From assembly GCA_963974535.1 (NCBI GenBank), contig CAXBCN010000006.1, positions 21,007 to 85,006 on the forward strand: a stretch of 64,000 bases of DNA, written 5' to 3'. Position 1 is the stretch's first letter; every line of letters starts with the position of its first letter. Both the position numbers and the translations under genes were made by a program. Below the pieces are notes generated by a model, which had not been told where the DNA came from, did no database searches, and was given only the letters and a program-made list of their open reading frames with translations. This DNA is from an uncultured Cellulophaga sp. Its GTDB lineage: Bacteria; Bacteroidota; Bacteroidia; Flavobacteriales; Flavobacteriaceae. Below, one piece after another: positions 60,930 to 64,000 of the stretch.

Positions 60930-62183
60930 CTATTCGTTATCTTCAAAAATAGAACTGGAGTAGTTAATCTTTGATTCGGTATTCAAAGCTTCCAAAATGT
61001 GATACTCTTTGCGTTTTTGTTTGGCTCTTAAGCTTGGATCATCATAAGCATAAGCTACGCGCTGTGTGTTTCCATAGTTTTCTCCCCTTTGTAAAACAAC
61101 ATAACCGGTATCTTTATCGGTGATGAGTTGAATGGAAAAATCATCTTCCATACTGTTTATGGGACTTCCAAGGTTGACAGTAGCGCCAACCTTGTTATGT
61201 GCCACTTCGACCATATAAACATCTAATCCCCCATAGCCTTGATGTCCATTTGATGCGAAGAAAAGCGATGTCCCTCCCATAATATTCGGATATAAATCGT
61301 CCTCGTTTGTATTTACTTTTTGACCTAAGTTTTTTGCAACTCCCACGACGCCATTTTTTTGAATTGTGGCAACGTAAATATCGAACTTACCAAAAGTTCC
61401 TGGCATATCTGAAGCAAAAAATAAGCGACTTCCATCCTCAGAAATTGTTGGATGCATAACAGATGCATTCTTTGGGCCTAAGGCCACTTCTCCTGTGCTT
61501 GTCCAGGTTCCATTGCTGTAGTTTGCTTTAAAAATTTTATGTACTAGCTCCTTTTTAGAAAAAACACCATATAAGGGTTTTACAGCTACCTGCTTGGTAT
61601 AATACGCGGTATTGCCGTCAACAGTCATTGCAATTGGAGACTGATTCTGAAGGTTTTTTGTAAGCTTATTTCCGGCAGTCGACTCTTGTTGTACCGATTC
61701 TTTTGCCACAAAGGCCTCTAATGCCTTTACTTTTTGGTCGCTACCAAAGTTAAAATCATTGAATTTAGTTTGACGCTGCTTACTTGGAATTTTATAATCT
61801 TCTTTTATTTGAGCTACCCAATCTTTTTGCGAACTGGCTAAATTTGAGTTGGGATTGGTCGTCGCTTTTAAAGCAAATTGATACCGCTCGTAGTAGTTTT
61901 TACTAATATTATTACCATCACTTAATTTAAAAAGTTTAGTATACCAATACAGCGCTGTTTCATAATTTTTATTCAAAAAATTAGCATTACCAAGGTCTTC
62001 GAAAATGGCTATTTCGGTATACCCAAGATCTTTAAGAACTTTGTAATTTTCTTGTCGTTTTTGGGTCTCGTTTACACTTGTTAAGTCTGAAACTTTTGTG
62101 GCTGAATTTTGCGCCTGTAGGCTGTAGTTTACCACTACAATTAGTAGTGCAAAAAGTACGTTGTAGGTGTTCGTAGTTTTCAT
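60930..62183 (-). CDS. TPR + PD40 beta-propeller protein (PorE-like, no OmpA domain)
   Basis: Signal peptide, TPR-like GNANFLNKNYETALYWY, PD40 repeats HPTISEDGSRLFFASDMPG and LFFASNGHQGYGGLD. Confidence 0.8.
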   Translation of the reverse strand: MKTTNTYNVLFALLIVVVNYSLQAQNSATKVSDLTSVNETQKRQENYKVLKDLGYTEIAIFEDLGNANFLNKNYETALYWYTKLFKLSDGNNISKNYYERYQFALKATTNPNSNLASSQKDWVAQIKEDYKIPSKQRQTKFNDFNFGSDQKVKALEAFVAKESVQQESTAGNKLTKNLQNQSPIAMTVDGNTAYYTKQVAVKPLYGVFSKKELVHKIFKANYSNGTWTSTGEVALGPKNASVMHPTISEDGSRLFFASDMPGTFGKFDIYVATIQKNGVVGVAKNLGQKVNTNEDDLYPNIMGGTSLFFASNGHQGYGGLDVYMVEVAHNKVGATVNLGSPINSMEDDFSIQLITDKDTGYVVLQRGENYGNTQRVAYAYDDPSLRAKQKRKEYHILEALNTESKINYSSSIFEDNE

Positions 62184-62426
62184 AACAATTTGGATAAGGG
62201 GTTAATTTCTTCGACAAAATTCAATAATAATTCTGAAGCATTACCTAATAAAAATTCATAGGTTTTTAGTTTAAAAGTGTATTTCATCGAAATTATGTAC
62301 TTTTTAACGACTTATTTTTAGATTTACGATACTTTGAAGATCTATTTTGATTCAAAATAAAAATAATCGATTTTCTCCATTTCAAAATAATAATCCGATA
62401 TTTACCATCCAATTTCAATAATCAAA

Positions 62427-63275
62427 ATGGAATATTACGTTGTCATCCCCGCTCATAATGAAGCACTTTTTTTAGAGGACACCTTAAAGTCTATTTCCAA
62501 GCAAACTTTAGCACCTAAAAAAGTAATCATAGTGAACGATAATTCTACCGATGATACAGAACTCATTATTGATAGGTATACTACAAACGGACTCTTTGTA
62601 AAATTAAACACCAGCTCCTCAAATGAGCACTTGCCCGGCAGTAAGGTTATTCATGCTTTTTCGAAAGGTTTGGCCCTGCTTGATGAGCACTACGATTTTA
62701 TGGTTAAGCTCGATGCTGATGTAATTTTACCCAATAATTACTTTGAAGAAATTACAGCTCTTTTTACATCTGATCCCAAAATTGGTGTCGCTGGCGGATT
62801 TATTTATGAAAAAAATAGCTTTGGTGAATGGGAACTAAACCACCCAATGCATTTAAAACATGTTCGTGGCGCCATAAAAGCCTATTCTAAAGCCTGTTTT
62901 AAAGCTATCGGCGGATTAAAATGTGCGATGGGTTGGGATACAGTTGATGAATTATTGGCTCAATATCATGGTTTTACCATTAGCACCAAGAAGACACTAC
63001 AGGTAAAACATCTTAGACCTACAGGAGATCGGTATAATAAAAAAGCAAAGCTATTGCAAGGAAAAGCCATGTTTACCATGCGTTACGGATTTATAATTAC
63101 ATGCATTGCATCCTTAAAGATGGCCTGGAAACAAGGGAAAGCCGCTGCTTTCTTCGACAATATGAAGGGCTATTTTAGGGCAAGAAAAACCCAAGAACCC
63201 TTTTTAGTATCACCCTTAGAAGGCCATTTTATCCGTGCTTTGCGATGGAAAGGCATCAGAAAACAATTATTTTAA
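62427..63275 (+). CDS. Glycosyltransferase family 2
   Basis: VVIPAHNE, VNDNSTD, KLDAD, GWDTVDE. Confidence 0.92.
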   Translation: MEYYVVIPAHNEALFLEDTLKSISKQTLAPKKVIIVNDNSTDDTELIIDRYTTNGLFVKLNTSSSNEHLPGSKVIHAFSKGLALLDEHYDFMVKLDADVILPNNYFEEITALFTSDPKIGVAGGFIYEKNSFGEWELNHPMHLKHVRGAIKAYSKACFKAIGGLKCAMGWDTVDELLAQYHGFTISTKKTLQVKHLRPTGDRYNKKAKLLQGKAMFTMRYGFIITCIASLKMAWKQGKAAAFFDNMKGYFRARKTQEPFLVSPLEGHFIRALRWKGIRKQLF

Positions 63276-63402
63276 ATGATTCGCAACTAGCTCCCTTAGT
63301 CCGTAAAACAAAGTAGATAGCTAAAGTACTATTCCTCCAGCGTCTTTGATTTTGATCCATAAAACTTTAGCAAAGCACAGTTTTATCCGAAGTGCTTTTT
63401 GT

Positions 63403-63999
63403 TTACTGGTTACTCAAAACTTCAACAATAGGTTGTCCAGTGGTTCCACTTGGGAAAGAAATACCTAACAAGGCCGCAATAGTTGGTGCAATATCCGGAA
63501 TTGTTGTTTTTTCAAAAGTTTCGCCCTTCTTTATTCCTTTCCCATAAAACAACAAAGGTACGTGTGTGTCATATGGATAAGGAGACCCGTGTGTGGATCC
63601 TTTTGAGGTTGTACTAGCACTGATATAACCTGAATTTAATACGGTTAAAACATCCCCTGAGCGTTCCTGGCTATACCCATTTTGAAGAATATGAGGAATA
63701 CCATTGGTATAATTGTTCGCCCACATTTGCTCACCTGTATACACATGGCTATACTCCCCGTATGACATAAGCTCTTTGGCGAACTGCTCTTGTACTTCTG
63801 CTAAATTTAAATCTAAATTTTTGATGATGTTATGATCTAAAAAAAGCTGTCCGTTAGAGCTATTTTTTACGATATCTACGGAACCAAAGGTATATTTTAA
63901 AAATTCGCTAAACCGCTCTTTGGTAGCTTTTGAATCTGTATAACCTCCAGGAATTTTGGCATCTTTTAAAAAAGCGGGCACATGAACTGCTGCGTGATC
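63403..63999 (-). CDS. pafA: PafA-type alkaline phosphatase (3' part; gene starts beyond the window)
   Basis: DHAAVHVP at the window edge, RSGDV, STHGSPYPYDTHVPLLFYG, DIAPTIA. Confidence 0.85.
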   Translation of the reverse strand, partial: DHAAVHVPAFLKDAKIPGGYTDSKATKERFSEFLKYTFGSVDIVKNSSNGQLFLDHNIIKNLDLNLAEVQEQFAKELMSYGEYSHVYTGEQMWANNYTNGIPHILQNGYSQERSGDVLTVLNSGYISASTTSKGSTHGSPYPYDTHVPLLFYGKGIKKGETFEKTTIPDIAPTIAALLGISFPSGTTGQPIVEVLSNQ

Positions 64000-64000
64000 T

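Overview
Chromosomal window from an AT-rich Flavobacteriaceae (Bacteroidota) genome; a marine Maribacter/Cellulophaga-like lineage is my inference from gene content and TAnnTTTG promoters. About two-thirds is housekeeping: the str/S10 operon start (rpsL-rpsG-fusA-rpsJ-rplC, no tuf), rlmB, rarA, radC, a Mur ligase, an alpha-2-macroglobulin, obgE, an hpt-adk fusion, purK/purE, an M3 peptidase, gcvP, a FabH-type KAS III, a T9SS PorP/SprF gene and a partial PafA. I saw no tRNA, rRNA, CRISPR array, transposase or integrase. Best signals: (1) an accessory tract at about 44.2-48.3 kb where unrelated co-oriented genes are separated by attC-like elements. One gene has a perfect 11-bp inverted repeat at its ends with the stop codon inside GCTAAC, and two degenerate ~120-bp repeats align without gaps exactly 1100 bp apart, suggesting an integron-like cassette array with no integrase in view. 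(2) A tandem-NTF2 lipoprotein gene in that tract is split at an A10 run. (3) A LytTR locus made of a LytTR-type direct repeat, an unannotated 18-aa hydrophobic ORF, a kinase paralog with dead catalytic motifs, an intact kinase and the regulator. (4) A HipA-like kinase/DUF3037 pair. (5) A PorP protein with a SPOR-like tail next to a PorE-like protein lacking OmpA and a D-to-E response regulator. All family names come from motif recognition by eye, not database searches.
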